This document shows, in pieces, positions 10,552-22,772 of a stretch of DNA of 64,000 nucleotides (positions are counted from its first letter, which is position 1; each line of letters opens with the position of its first letter). Made by a program: the position numbers and the translations under genes. The notes beneath the pieces were generated by a model that worked only from the letters and a program-made list of their open reading frames with translations, did not search any database and had not been told where the DNA came from. The DNA lies in contig CAWHOC010000012.1 of the NCBI GenBank assembly GCA_963830935.1, positions 4,475-68,474 on the forward strand, given 5' to 3'. This DNA comes from an uncultured bacterium (lineage in GTDB: Bacteria; Patescibacteriota; Minisyncoccia; UBA6257; 2-01-FULL-56-20).

Positions 10552-12383
10552 GCCCCGGGAGCCCCTCTATTAATAGTGGCGGGGGCCGGAACGGGCAAAA
10601 CGAAGACCCTGACGAGCCGGATTATCTATTTGATAGAGACCGGGACGCCCCCCGAGCGGATCTGCGCCATTACCTTTACCAACAAGGCGGCCAAGGAGAT
10701 GGCCAAGCGGGTCAATCGGCCCGGCCCGTTCATTGGCACTTTCCACTCCCTGGGGGCGAAAATCCTCCGAAAGGAGTGCCGGCTGGCGGGACGGGATCCC
10801 AATTTTGGCATTTTTGACGATCACGACTCCTTTGATCTGGTCAAAAAAGCGGTCAAAGCCGTCCTGCCACCAAAAAAAGATGACGAAGAGGATGGCATCG
10901 TCGCGAAGAAGAATAAAAAGGATACGCCGGTCTATTTTGCCAAAAAGATATCCGAGCTGAAAAATCTTGGCAAGCTTTTGCCCGACACACGCCCATCGCC
11001 GCCGGACAAAGAGGCGCAGGTTCGCCGCGTATTCGAAAAATATGAAGCGGCGCTCGAGCGTAACAATGCCTTCGATTTTGATGACCTCATTGAAAAGACG
11101 GTTGCGATACTAAAAAATAATCCCGCAGTGTTGAAAAAATATCAACGCATGTTTGATGCGATCCTTGTGGATGAATATCAGGACATCAATCCGAAACAAT
11201 ACGAGCTCGTAACGCTCCTGGCAGGCGAGCACCGGAACTTGAGCGTGGTGGGGGACGACGAGCAAACCATCTACAGCTGGCGCTACGCGGACATAAAAAC
11301 ATTTTTAAATTTCGATAAGGAGTGGAAGGGAGCGAGCGTGCATTTTTTGGAAGAGAACTATCGCTCGACGGGAATCATCATCCGCGCCGCAGCGGCCGTC
11401 GCGAAGAACAACCGGTTTCGCACGCCAAAAAATCTGTGGACGCAAAATCCGGACGGCGACCCTATCGTTTTGTTCGAGGCGTGGGGCGAGAACGAAGAAG
11501 CGGAGTGGATCGCGCAGCAAATTTATTCTTTGCGTACGCGCGATAAAAATGCGGACATCGGCATTCTCTACCGCACGAACGCGCAGTCGCGCGCGATCGA
11601 GCAGGCGCTGATTCGCAACAATATTCCGTACCGCATCTTCGGCGGGTTGAAATTCTACGAGCGACGGGAAATAAAAGATGCCGTGTCGGCGTTGCGCTAT
11701 ATTTCTAACGCTAAGGACGAGCCCGCGCGGGAACGGCTGGAAAAAAATCTCACAAAGCGGCGCTTTGCGGAGTTCAAGGATAAAGTGGCGACGCTGCAGG
11801 ATCCGGCGAAGCTGACACTCGGGAAGATCGCGCCGCTTGCCGCGCTGAAATTATTCCTGGAGACGTTCGGCTATTTCGAATATCTTGAGTCGAACTTTGT
11901 GAACTCCGACGAGCGGGAGGAGAACATCGCAGAGCTCATCACTTTCGCGACCGACTTTACCAGCTTGGACGAGCTATTGGAGCGCCTGAGCTTGTTGCAA
12001 GCCGCTGACGAGATAGGGAATAAGCCCGTTGACGGGCGCGAGGTCAACCTGATGACCATCCACCTTGCGAAGGGCCTGGAATTTGACTCGGTATTCATCG
12101 CAGGCGTGGCCGAAGGGCTATTGCCGCACGGCCGGTCGCTGGACGACGAGAACGCGCTCGAGGAAGAGCGCCGGCTGATGTACGTCGCCATGACGCGCGC
12201 GCGGAAGAATCTTTATCTCAGCTTCTACGGCATCCCGTCACGCTTTGTGAATGAGATCCCGGAGGACTGTATTGTGATGGCCGCGGGGGATGGATCGATG
12301 GAGGCGGGCGGCAAGAAAAATAAATCGGGCTGGTACGGCGACGACCAGTATGACGAGGATGAAGATGCCGTTTCACTGGATAA
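10495..12383 (+). CDS. pcrA: UvrD/PcrA-family ATP-dependent DNA helicase (stop apparently lost; reads in frame into rsmA)
   Basis: 'AGAGTGKTKTLTSRI', 'LVDEYQDIN', 'VGDDEQTIYSWRYA', 'MTIHLAKGLEFD', 'RRLMYVAMTRAR'. ATG 10495. The end given is the TAA at 12381..12383, which is reached only if TTT 12371-12373 is really TTTT. Confidence 0.75.
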
Positions 12384-12402
12384 TACATTTAATAATATTA
12401 AT

Positions 12403-13221
12403 ATGCAAAAGCTCGGACAACACTTTCTTAAGAAACGCCGCCGTCTGGGATCCATCGCCGCCGCGCTCGAGGTCCAAAGCGGTGACGTGATCATTGAGAT
12501 CGGCCCGGGGCACGGAGAGCTCACCACGTTCCTCGCGCGCGAGGCCGAGATTCGGGCGCGCAAAATCTTTTGCGTTGAAAAGGATCGCGGGCTGATCGCC
12601 CCGCTCGCCGCGCTGGCAGAAAAAGAAAAACCGGGACTCCTCACTATAATAGAGGGGGATGCGCTGAAACTTTTGCCCGGCATCGTGGCCGATCAGGTTG
12701 AACGTCATCAACAATATAAGATCGTCGGAAATATTCCCTATTACATTACTGGGAAATTATTGCGTGTGATAAGCGAGCTCGAGAAGAAGCCCGAGCGAAC
12801 GGTACTTCTTGTGCAAAAAGAAGTTGCCGAGCGCATGTGCGCCGAGCCGCCGCGCATGAACCGCCTCGCCGCGAGCGTACAGTTCTGGGCCGAGACGAAA
12901 TCCACACGCTCGTCCCGAGGAAAGATTTTTCTCCGCCGCCGGAAGTGGATTCCGCAGTGATCGTTCTCGCCAGCAAGAAAAGTTCTTTGAGCAACACTTC
13001 GCCCGTGCTCCCGGCGCACTATTATAGAGCGGTCCGCGCCATCTTTGCCCAGCCGCGGAAGAAACTCTTAAACAACCTGGCCGAGGGCGTGGCAGAGGGC
13101 GTTAAGAAGGAAAACATCGTGGCGCTATCTTCAAAAGATCGGCGTCGATCCCGGCGCGCGGCCGCAAAACCTCGCCATCAGCCAGATCGTCGCCATCGCG
13201 AGCGCCCCGATATGGGGATAA
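12403..13221 (+). CDS. rsmA: 16S rRNA (adenine1518/1519-N6)-dimethyltransferase (frame breaks ~12895 and ~13130)
   Basis: 'LGQHFLKK', 'IIEIGPGHGELT', 'VGNIPYYIT', 'PPPEVDSAVIVL'. The C-terminus 'IGVDPGARPQNLAISQIVAIA' is in a third frame. ATG 12403 follows an AT-rich spacer. Confidence 0.8.
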
Positions 13222-13264
13222 CCCTCATAGCAAGCAATTTCCTTTAGGGCTATAATTTGAATTA

Positions 13265-15454
13265 ATGATAGATGTCAAGAAGCTGATAACCGGGTTCCTT
13301 GTTTTGGCTACCATCGCCGTCTGCTCCGGTTTAGTGCTCTCGCTCGTCGCCGGTAACTCTTCCTCAAAAACCGCTAACGTCCCCACCGGGCCGAGCATCG
13401 CGGATTCCGGATCCTGCTCCCGTCCCCACCACTGCGTTCGTGGACACCGGCTCTCTCCAGGGGAACGCGGCCGAACTGCTCAGTTATGTGGACACCACAT
13501 CCACCGACGCGGTGGCAAACGATCCTAACAATCTTACCAACGTCCTTGCTGCCTCCTTTGTAAACGGGCTTGATGCCGCAAACCCGAACGGGATCACGAG
13601 TAATCCGGACGGCACGCTTAATATCGCCACACCAGACACCCAGGCGATCGCCCAGTCCATCTCCTCCGACCCTGCTATACAAAATATTGCGCTGCCGAAT
13701 TGGGACACCGAGGCGCAATCGCAACTCATAAAGACCACCCCTTCCGCTTCCCAAAGCGCCATCAGCCAGTACGGCAATTCCCTCGGTTCCGTGTTCAATA
13801 AATATTTCGTATCAAGCGGTTTACAAAACGAAGTGGGGAACACAAATAACGCCGACCCATCTAACTTTCCTTATCTCTCCTCGCAACTCCAGGGCGCGAT
13901 CGCCGACACACTTGCCGTCCCCACTCCCGCGCCGCTTACCGCACTCCAAGAAAGTTTCGTGCGGGTGATGGTGTATGAAAAGAACTTTACCCTTCTTGCG
14001 GAGAATTCTTCTCAGGACCCTGTTAAGGCGGCCCTCGTCTTCCAAGGGGAAGCACCCAAATACGATTCCGCGGTAGAGGCACTACAACAACAGATGGGAA
14101 AGGCCGCCTCCCTTGGGCTTTCATTCAATAACGCTCCGCGCACTTCCGTTCCTTTCATCGCCCAGCTATTCGGCGTCAAACCCGCGGAAGCGCAGTGGTA
14201 CGTGTTTGACGGCGTCAACTTCGCGCAATTAATAAAACAATATATCAACAGCATCATCCTCCAGATACTCAAGAACACGATCGTGCAACTCATTCAAAAG
14301 AAAGTGCTCGCCGCGATACAAGGAAGTGGCGCGCCGAAATTCGTTACTTCTTTCGCGTCGGAAATGATAAATTCCTATCAATCTGCGGCCATCAATACAA
14401 TAAATTCTGAAATGTCTCAAGTGCCACCGGCCCAGAAGGGGGCCCTCCAGATGCTTACTTCAATATCATATACAGCGCCGAATGGCTCCACGACCCTGGG
14501 CACTATCGGCCCCAACCCGACCGTTAGTGTCTCCGGCAATTTTACCAATATGTCTGACTATTTAAGCGAATTTAATTCGGGAGGAAATATCTGGGCAAAT
14601 GCCATAGCGATGCGCGACGACGCCATGACGGCTGCCGCAAACAGCCAGACCGCAAAACAGACGCAAAATATCGCCCAGCAGGGATGGCAAGGGGATTCGA
14701 CAGTGCAGTGACGGGAGTGATCCCCAGAATGGGACGCATGAAGTGTGCGAAGACGGCTCGGTACCCAACGTCGGCCCTGACGGCTATCTCTGCGCCGATG
14801 GCGGAACGACGGAAACCGTTCCCAATGGCGGAGAAATGCGCCGATGGCAGCGACCCCAAAACGATCCTCCCCGGACAGGTCACCGGCCAAGAATCAAACA
14901 CCGCCCTTAAGACCGGCACGGAAAACATCACGAGTGCGAACGATATTGTAGGGCTCGTGACCGCTTTCGCGACATCACTCCTTGGTCAGCTTGCTCAGAA
15001 CGCCATCAATCTGGCGAACAGCGCCATAAACGGCGTCATCAATACACAGAGCCCGAGCAATACCGGCCTGACCGGGGTCCAATCTTCCACGCTTACCAAT
15101 ACCGGTAACACGTCTGCCGCCACCCAGGGACCGGCGCAATGCCTCCCCTCCATTCAAAACGCGACCCTTGTCGTCTCCCCTTCCTCCACCAACGTGGCGG
15201 TCGTGAATCTTTCCGCTATTGGCGGCGCGATCGACACCGCGTGCGTCGCGAACAACACCTGCCCTGCCACGGAAAATTCCGACGGGACGCCGATTTATAG
15301 CTGGACCGCTCCGGGTCTATACAAGGGGGGTCCGGCGTGCCGATCACTGGACAAGCCCTCACGCTCACGTATTCCCACGCCGGGCACCTACACCGCCACC
15401 GTTACCGCTTCGACGGATAATTCACAATCAAGCTGCCAGATCACCGTACAATGA
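13265..15454 (+). CDS. large N-terminally anchored surface protein with Cys-rich C[SA]DGSDP repeats and a C-terminal PKD/Ig-like domain (at least 4 frame breaks); first gene of the T4SS-like operon
   Basis: ORFs 13265..13528, 13440..14711 and 14684..15454, plus a third-frame stretch QCSDGSDPQNGTHEVCEDGSVPNVGPDGYLCADGG. The tail 'YSWTAPG...TGQALTLTYSHAGTYTATVTASTD' becomes PKD-like after frame repair at the G-run ~15322-15330. Confidence 0.55.
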
Positions 15455-17748
15455 AGCCGAAAAATAAATTTAAGAAAAAAATCCTTTTCCCAGCCGCTAT
15501 CGGTTTCTTTTTGATTTTTCTTGGATTAGCGCAGCCCGCACAAGCTGGCACCTGGCATACTTGGCAGCCTGTTTACCCTAGACGGTGTACAATCCGGATT
15601 TATTTCAGGGATAATGGAGGGACTCACTTATTTCTTTGCATGGATTTTTGGCGCTCTTATTTCCGTCGAAACGTGGCTGATCAGCGTTGTCCTGAATATC
15701 AACGCCGGCATCATACAAACAAGCTTCGTTCAGACGGGTTTTTCCGTCTCCCTTTCCGTCGCGAATCTTGCGTTCGTGCTTGGCATCATCGTCATCGCTC
15801 TCGCGACGATCTTAAGAATAGAAAGCTACAGCATTAAAAAAATGCTGTGGAAGCTGGTGGTGATGGCGATCCTCGTCAACTTCGGGCTCGTGATCATTGC
15901 CCCTATCGTCGGGTTTGCCAACGGAGTCACACAGTATTTCTTAAACTCTTTCCCTGGCCAAGGGGGATTCGATGGTTTTGCCTCAACGTTTGCGGGGAAG
16001 TTCAACCCGCAGGCGATGTTTGCCGCTGTCTCAAATCCGACGCCGGGAACCGGACTCACGAATCCTCCTTTTTCCGCCTTGGCGCAGGCCGCCGGGAGCT
16101 CAATAAGCTCGTCGATGGTTCCTATCTTCAGCATGATCTTTACCATCGTCGATTTTATGCTCATTGTTTTTGTCCTTGGGGCGTTCATTATTATGTTGAT
16201 CATACGGTATATTTACATCGCGATCCTCGCGATCTTGCTTCCCTTTTGCCTGGGCGTCGTGGGTGTTCCCCAGTTTCAGCTCGATGAACAAAAAGTGGTG
16301 GGATAAGTTTCTCCAGTGGACATTTTTTGCCCCTATCTTTATGTTCTTCCTCTACTTGGCGCTCAGCACGATCGCAGGGGCACAAAATGGAGATGCTTTT
16401 GCTATAGGCGGCTATACACAAGGGAACGCTCTGTTTAGCCCCATAACTGCTTTTTTTGGGAGCCTCATAACCCCTATTCTCACTAATTTCCTCCAGGAGG
16501 TAACACTCGGCGGCATGATCATCGGCGGCTTGATCGCGGCGGACAGCATGGGCGTTAAGGTTTGCCGGCTCAGCGATAAAAGTGGCGCAGAATGCCGGAA
16601 AGGGCGTGCAGGGATATGTCGGCAAGCAATCGAAAAAAGCAGCGCGCGCGACATTCCGCAAAGCTGGAGGGGAAAAGGCAATCAACGCCATGAGAGAGGG
16701 AAGGTTTTTGGGGCTACAGGGAGTTCCGGGGCTCAAGTGGGCGACAAGCCGAGTAGCATCCAATTTGGGAACTGCGGTGGCTCCCCATCTTAAAAACTCC
16801 GACCTCGTTGATGATGAAAAGAAAAAAGTTTCAAAGGATCATGAGGTTGTTAAAGCCGAGCTTAAGGGAAATCTTAACACAGAGAAGGTGTTCGCCCGCA
16901 TTGCGTCGCTCGCTGATTCGGGGAAGCTTACCAAAGATACTATGGTAGGCAATCAAAAAGTTGGCGATTGGTTGGATTCTGATAAAAAAGATGCTGAGAA
17001 TTATGGCCAGGGGAAGACGACACACGACGCCGATATTGCTCTGGGAGGCGATGGGGCTATGCGCGCTGAGCAGAATACGATCGACACATTGCGCAGTAAG
17101 GGTCCGCTCACTCAAGCCGATGCCGCCACGGTGGCAGCTTCCGAGAAAGCGTTAAGTGATGCCACCGATGCCTTTGTCGCAAAACTTGAGAAGGCCGATA
17201 TGTCCAAGATGAATCTGAATGATATATTCAAAGAGAAGGTCGCCACGCCGCTCGCCGCCGCGCTCGCAAAGAGCCTCGCCGCTGTGGGCCCACACCTTGT
17301 ATCAAGCGGCATACCTAAAATGAATTCAAATGTTAAAGATAATTTTGCGGATGTCTATCAAAAACAGATAGAGAGCGAACGTGCGGCGTCTCCAAATCTT
17401 AAAATCATGGATGCGGCAGACGAGGAAATAAAGGCTTTTGAGAAAGAGAAAAAGGAAAGCCCAGCGATAAAACAACTCAGGGATGAGATAGAAAGTGTCA
17501 AGGTTGGGGAAGGGTTCGATGTTGATAAAGCCGAGAAGATCAAGGCGCTGAATGATCAGATCTCTCGGGCAACCCAGGCAATTGATGTAAAGATAGCGGC
17601 CTCCAAAACGAAAAAAGAGGCCGCAGAGAAGCTGCTCAATAAGAGAGAAAAGAATCTCGAATCTGCCTTGGACACGTTCCAGAAATCCCTTGGCGCGAAC
17701 GCTGTTTTTGGCGGCTTTGAACCGGGCACAGGACAAACCCCGGCCTAG
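15451..17748 (+). CDS. VirB6/TrbL-like polytopic membrane protein with a long coiled-coil, Lys/Glu-rich C-terminal tail (about 3 frame breaks)
   Basis: Signal peptide MKPKNKFKKKILFPAAIGFFLIFLGLAQPAQA, followed by multiple hydrophobic helices across ORFs 15614..16306 and 16263..16793, then a 390-aa hydrophilic tail (16582..17748). ATGA overlap with the upstream stop. Confidence 0.5.
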
Positions 17749-17798
17749 TTCCCACACCGGCTCCGGCTCCCCATTAATGATCTAAAGTACTCTATCCG

Positions 17799-18737
17799 AT
17801 GACCACCATTACTAAACAGCAAGCACTTATGCGCTGGGACACCCTCCCGGATCCTTTGCGCGAGGCACTTTATTCCGAACCGAACTCGGATTTTATCTGG
17901 AGCACCTGCCGCGGCGACAATATCCTGAGAAAAGCGATCTACGACGTCGCACGAATAGCGGGATGTGTATTGCTTGGGATTTTTCCATCCCGGAGACGTA
18001 AGAAGGAGTCGCGGGCGCTATCGGAGTCCCGCACCAGCGGCGAAAGATATTCATGAAGCTCCTGGATGCTAAATATTCGCTGCGCTTGATCCTGCCCTTC
18101 TTAAGGCTTACGCACCGCTTCCACATGAGGAACCATTATCGCAATCGCAGCCAACTATGGTAAAAGATATCAATCCGTTACCGATGCCTACTCCTCCAAA
18201 ACCCGCGCCGCTCTCGAGCGCCGGTGGTCGAAGATGCCGCCCTCGGCGATAGCGCCTGCGCCGATGCCTACCGCACCGCGCCCCATCGCTCCGCCTGCGC
18301 CAATACCCGCACCGACAGCGCCGGCTGCTCCCGCTCCTCGCGCCGCCGCAGAACCTGCGCCGATGATCCTTCACGAGGACACCTCATTTAAGGCGGCGGA
18401 GAAAAACGCTTCCTTCACACTCGCGCGCCCGAGCGCCGGAGCGGACATGCACATGAACCAAGCGCCTGCTGCCTCGGCTCCCACGCGGCCGGCGGTGCTG
18501 GAGTTCGGCGGAATAAAGCCGCCTGCCGCACCCGTGAATAAAGCTCCATCAGCGCCAGCGGCGAATGCCATTCGCTATGCGGATACCGGACCAAGAAGTG
18601 TCAGCCAGATTACGCAGCCGCCGGCTCCTCCAAAACCACCCGCTCCGTCATCGAACAATGTTCCAATGCCACCGACGCCGCCGCAGCCGCCGTCTCCTCA
18701 ACAAACCAACAAACCGATCGTAAAAGATTTCCTTTAA
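17799..18737 (+). CDS. hypothetical protein with Pro/Ala-rich C-terminal half (multiple frame breaks)
   Basis: ORFs 17799..18056 and 18234..18737 are joined by other-frame text (...PAPAAKDIHEALDAKIFA...). Confidence 0.4.
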
Positions 18738-18764
18738 TATCCCACTCGGCTTACAATAGAGGGG

Positions 18765-19397
18765 ATGCAGTACCAGGTACCACAATTCATCGACACCGAA
18801 GATAAGCTGGTAGGGCCGTTCTCCCTCCGCCAGTTCGCTTTTATTGGCGCGGCGGGGCTCATAAGCGCCATATGCTATTTCTTCGTACAAACGTGGCTGT
18901 TCGTCATCGTGGCGATCATCACGCTCGGCGGTGCGGTGGCGCTTTCTTTCGTTAAGATCAATGGCCGGCCGCTCATCAAGGTCATCATCTCCGCTTTTAA
19001 TTTTTACTGGAAGCCACAAATATACATCTGGAAAGCGGACCATCCGGTCGTGGCGCATAAACCGCAAGCTCCCACAAAAGCGGCGCGGGTATTGCCGGTT
19101 ATAAAAGAGGAGGGATCGTCTCGCAGGATAGTGGCGAGCAGCGGGGAAGCCGCACCGGCGGCAACATACGTTCCTCCGAGCGCGCCCGAACGCGAGCTGC
19201 CGCCGGTTCAGACGATCGCGCAAGGCGACTCGCTCCATAAGAGCTGGGAAAATCTCCAGACCGGCACGCCGGAAGGAGGCGATACTAGGAAAACATCCGA
19301 TCGGCAGTTTTTGGAGAAGAAGATGGCGGAGCGCTATCAAATATTCCAACGGATCGGCGGCGACCGCGCGGCGGCGCGGCGCGTGGATTATCGCTAG
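18765..19397 (+). CDS. PrgI-family (VirB3-like) T4SS membrane protein
   Basis: 'MQYQVPQFIDTEDKLVGPFSLRQFAFIGAAG' followed by two TM helices. Lies immediately upstream of the VirB4 ATPase, as in Gram-positive-type T4SS. Confidence 0.6.
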   Translation: MQYQVPQFIDTEDKLVGPFSLRQFAFIGAAGLISAICYFFVQTWLFVIVAIITLGGAVALSFVKINGRPLIKVIISAFNFYWKPQIYIWKADHPVVAHKPQAPTKAARVLPVIKEEGSSRRIVASSGEAAPAATYVPPSAPERELPPVQTIAQGDSLHKSWENLQTGTPEGGDTRKTSDRQFLEKKMAERYQIFQRIGGDRAAARRVDYR

Positions 19398-19418
19398 GAA
19401 ATATGGGAAAATAACATC

Positions 19419-21868
19419 ATGGCACCGGTACAAAAACAGGAGGCAGGAAATTCCGTCGACCTTGTTGACGTCAAAGAGATCAAAGAGAAGACCGTCGTCG
19501 TGAAAGACGGGAGCCTGCGCCAGATCATCATGGTGGGCGGCGTCAATTTTTCCCTCAAGTCCGACACGGAACAAAACATCATCACGCAGGGATACCAGAC
19601 ATTCCTGAACAGCATCGATTTCCCTCTGCAGATCGTGATCCATTCGCGGAAGGTGAACATTGATAAGTATATAGAGAGCTTGTTGCAAAGAAAAGAAGTT
19701 GAGCCGTCGCCCATCCTCCAAAACCAGATCGAGGAATACACAAAGTTCGTGAAGGGATTTGTGGAACAGAACGCGATCATGGAAAAGATCTTCTTGGTGG
19801 TCGTGTCGTTTTACCCCTTGGCCAGCGGCATCCAGAGCGTCAAAAAGGCCTCCGGCATACTCTCGTCCCTTGGCCTTGGGAAGAAGAAGGGGACCGCCGC
19901 CGAGGTGACGGCGCAGCACGCGGAAGATGAGGCGAAGGAGTTCGGGGAAAACCTCGCGCAACTGAACCAGCGCGTGACCCAGATAACGACGGGGCTCCTG
20001 AACATCGGCCTTGAGGCGACGCTCCTTGACGACGAACAACTCGTGGAGCTTTTCTATAATTTCTACAATCCCCAAACGGTCGAACGCACGGCGGCGCCCG
20101 TCGACCCCCGAACATAATATTATTTCACCATGCCGGAAGAACAGGAAAAAAATACTTTTGAGAATGTAAAGAAGATCATCGCGCCTGCGGGGGCGCAGGT
20201 GTTCCCTAATTACCTGAAGATCGGCGATAAACTCGCCAAGACATTCTTTGTATTTTCCTATCCACGCTATCTTTCGACCGGCTGGTTCGAGCCGCTCATC
20301 AATCTTGCCCAACCTTTTTGACATTTCCATCTTCATCAATCCGGTCGATACCGGGAGCGCGCTCAAAAAGCTCCGCAAAAAAGCGGGCCAACTCGAGTCG
20401 GAAATGAACGAGGAGCAGGCAAAGGGCTTGGTGCGAAACCCCGTGCTCGAGACCGCCATCAACGACGTGGAGGGATTACGTGATTCACTGCAACAGTCCG
20501 AGGAAAAACTTTTTGATACCGGCGTCTACATCACGATCTATTCGGATACCACGGAAGAGCTCGCGCGGCTCGAGAGCAAGCTCGTAACGATGATGGAAGC
20601 GAAATTGATCTACATCAAGCCCGCGCTTTTTGAGCAGCTTGAGGGCCTTTCTTCTGTGCTGCCCATCAACAACGATAAGTTGCAGATCTATTCCCCGATG
20701 AACACGAGCCCGATCTCCTCGTTCTTCCCGTTCGTGTCCGAAGACCTTTCGTCCAACCAGGGGATCATGTACGGCATCAACCTTCACAATAATAACCTTG
20801 TGATCTTCGACCGCTTCTCGCTCGAGAACGCGAACGAAGTGGTGTTCGCAAAGTCCGGCTCCGGCAAATCGTACACGACGAAGCTCGAGATATTGCGCGC
20901 GCTCATGGCGGGTATTGATATGGTGATCGTCATCGACCCGGAGAACGAGTATGGCCGCCTCGCGGAGACATTTGCGGGAAGCATGTTCAACATCTCTTTA
21001 TCGTCGCACGAGCACATCAATCCGTTCGATATCCCGCCGATTCCCGAGGGCGAGACGCCATCCGACGTATTGCGTTCACACATCGTAAACCTCGCGAGCT
21101 TGCTAAAGCTTATGCTTGGGAAGCTTACTCCCGAAGAGGACTCACTGCTCGACCGCGCGATCACGGAGACGTACGCCTCGCGCGAGATCGTCGCCGATAC
21201 GGACTTCACCGGGTAAAGAGCCGCCACTCTTGGGAGACCTGGAGACCATTTTACGGAATCTGGAAGGAGGCAAGGAACTTGCCGAAAAGCTATACAAATA
21301 CACAAAGGGCAGTTTTGCGGGATTCCTGAATCAGCCGACGAACATCGACGTCGCGAACCGCCTCATCATCTTCTCCATCCGCGACCTCGAAGAGGAGCTT
21401 CGCCCGCTCGGCATGTTCGTCGTGCTCAACTTCATCTGGAACCTTATCCGCGCGAAGCTCGCGAAGCGTCTGCTCTTCATTGACGAGGCATGGATCATGA
21501 TGAAGAACGACGACAGCGCCACATTCCTCTTCGGCCTCGTCAAGCGCGCGCGCAAATATTATTTGGGTGTCACCACGATCACGCAGGATGTGGAGGACTT
21601 TCTGCGGTCGCCCTATGGTCGCCCGATCGTCACCAACTCGTCACTCCAGTTATTGCTCAAGCAGGCGCCTGCCACGATTGATATCTTGGCGAAGGCGTTT
21701 GACCTGACGGATGCGGAAAAAAACTTTTTGCTCGGCGCCGCGGTCGGCACCGGCATCTTCTTTGCCGGCAAGCGCCACGTCGCCATCCAGATCGTCCCGT
21801 CATATTACGAAGATCAGATCATCACCACGAACCCCGAACAGTTGCTCGAGGAGAAAAATCAGAGCTAA
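19419..21868 (+). CDS. virB4: VirB4/TraE(TrsE)-type T4SS ATPase (in-frame TAA at 20115..20117 plus frame breaks ~20300 and ~21208)
   Basis: The N-domain 'VVVKDGSLRQIIMVGGVNFSLKSDTEQ', middle 'FVFSYPRYLSTGWFEPLINL', Walker A 'AKSGSGKSYT' and Walker B 'RLLFIDEAW' are spread over 4 track ORFs. Confidence 0.8.
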
Positions 21869-21880
21869 CCTTTATTTAGT

Positions 21881-22750
21881 ATGGCCGCGAAACCGGATCC
21901 AAAAATATCCACATCGGAGGCAGTACTTGTCGGGATATTTTTACTTGGCCTGGATGCGATCGATCTTATTCCTTTTGCGGGGGATCTTACCGATGTCGCC
22001 GCGGCGCCCTTGTTGCTCTACTATCACATGAAGCATATCAACGGGGTCATGTATGGGGTCGGCTTAATACTTGATCTCATTCCGGTCACGCAAGAATTTC
22101 CAACACGAAGCCTTGTGTGGTGGGGGACGGTCGCATTCGATCGCTTCGCCCCGGCAAAAGTTGAGGAGGCGGTTGAAAAACTCGGGGAGGTGGAAGAGGG
22201 AGGCGAGGGCGGCCCTGGAGGGGTTGAAGGCGAAGGAGAGCTCGGCGCCGGCGCGGCGGAGGGAACACAGCAGGGCGCGCAATCTGCGGAGCAAGCGGGT
22301 GAGAATGCTACTGCTGAGGCTAATGTTGAAAGCGAGCAGGCCGGAGAACGGGGCGGAGCGGGAGAATCCTCTGACGAGGGGGGTGGGGGCTCTCGTGTGG
22401 AACGCGAAGGAGGCGAGGCCGGCCAGGGAGAAGAAGCCGTGGAGGGTGAGGCGGGCGGAGGCGAGGGAGAAGAAGGCGGCGGCGAAAATAGAGAGGAAGA
22501 GGACCCAATGAGGAGAGATGCGGAAATAACGCCGGAGGAGGAAGCGGCAGAGGCGTCGTTTGGGCCTACGGAAACCGGAGACGACACTCCTCAAGCGGAG
22601 GAGGAACAGGACGAGGAAGCGCCGCCACATGACATCGATCCACAGGTGGACGGACCCGGGAGCAATGTGGACCAACCAAATAGTGGTGGTGCCGGGTCAA
22701 GGGATGGCGGCGGGCAAAGGAGGCGCCACAGCACTCGCCGCAGGCGTTAA
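21881..22750 (+). CDS. membrane protein with long acidic Gly/Glu-rich low-complexity tail
   Basis: Intact 289-aa ORF with N-terminal hydrophobic helices followed by an EGGEGG-type tail. Confidence 0.5.
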   Translation: MAAKPDPKISTSEAVLVGIFLLGLDAIDLIPFAGDLTDVAAAPLLLYYHMKHINGVMYGVGLILDLIPVTQEFPTRSLVWWGTVAFDRFAPAKVEEAVEKLGEVEEGGEGGPGGVEGEGELGAGAAEGTQQGAQSAEQAGENATAEANVESEQAGERGGAGESSDEGGGGSRVEREGGEAGQGEEAVEGEAGGGEGEEGGGENREEEDPMRRDAEITPEEEAAEASFGPTETGDDTPQAEEEQDEEAPPHDIDPQVDGPGSNVDQPNSGGAGSRDGGGQRRRHSTRRRR

Positions 22751-22772
22751 TTTGCTATACTAAAGTAAAGAT

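Noticed and set aside
10459-12960. Genuine bifunctional helicase-rRNA methyltransferase fusion protein
   Set aside because: The junction is an AT-rich spacer with its own ATG. One extra T in a T-run restores a stop, and the window shows many homopolymer indels. It is kept as a low-interest finding rather than a claim.
18648-20462. 604-aa minus-strand ORF, the longest 'novel' ORF in the track
   Set aside because: It lies entirely antisense to the PrgI-like and VirB4 genes. It is Arg/Leu/His-rich and has no motifs. This is a typical shadow ORF in GC-rich coding DNA.
22180-22560. Repetitive GGAGG/GAAGG-rich stretch that could be mistaken for a tandem repeat or a CRISPR-like array
   Set aside because: It has no regular repeat-spacer periodicity. 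It is the in-frame Gly/Glu-rich low-complexity tail of ORF 21881..22750. No CRISPR array was seen anywhere in the window.
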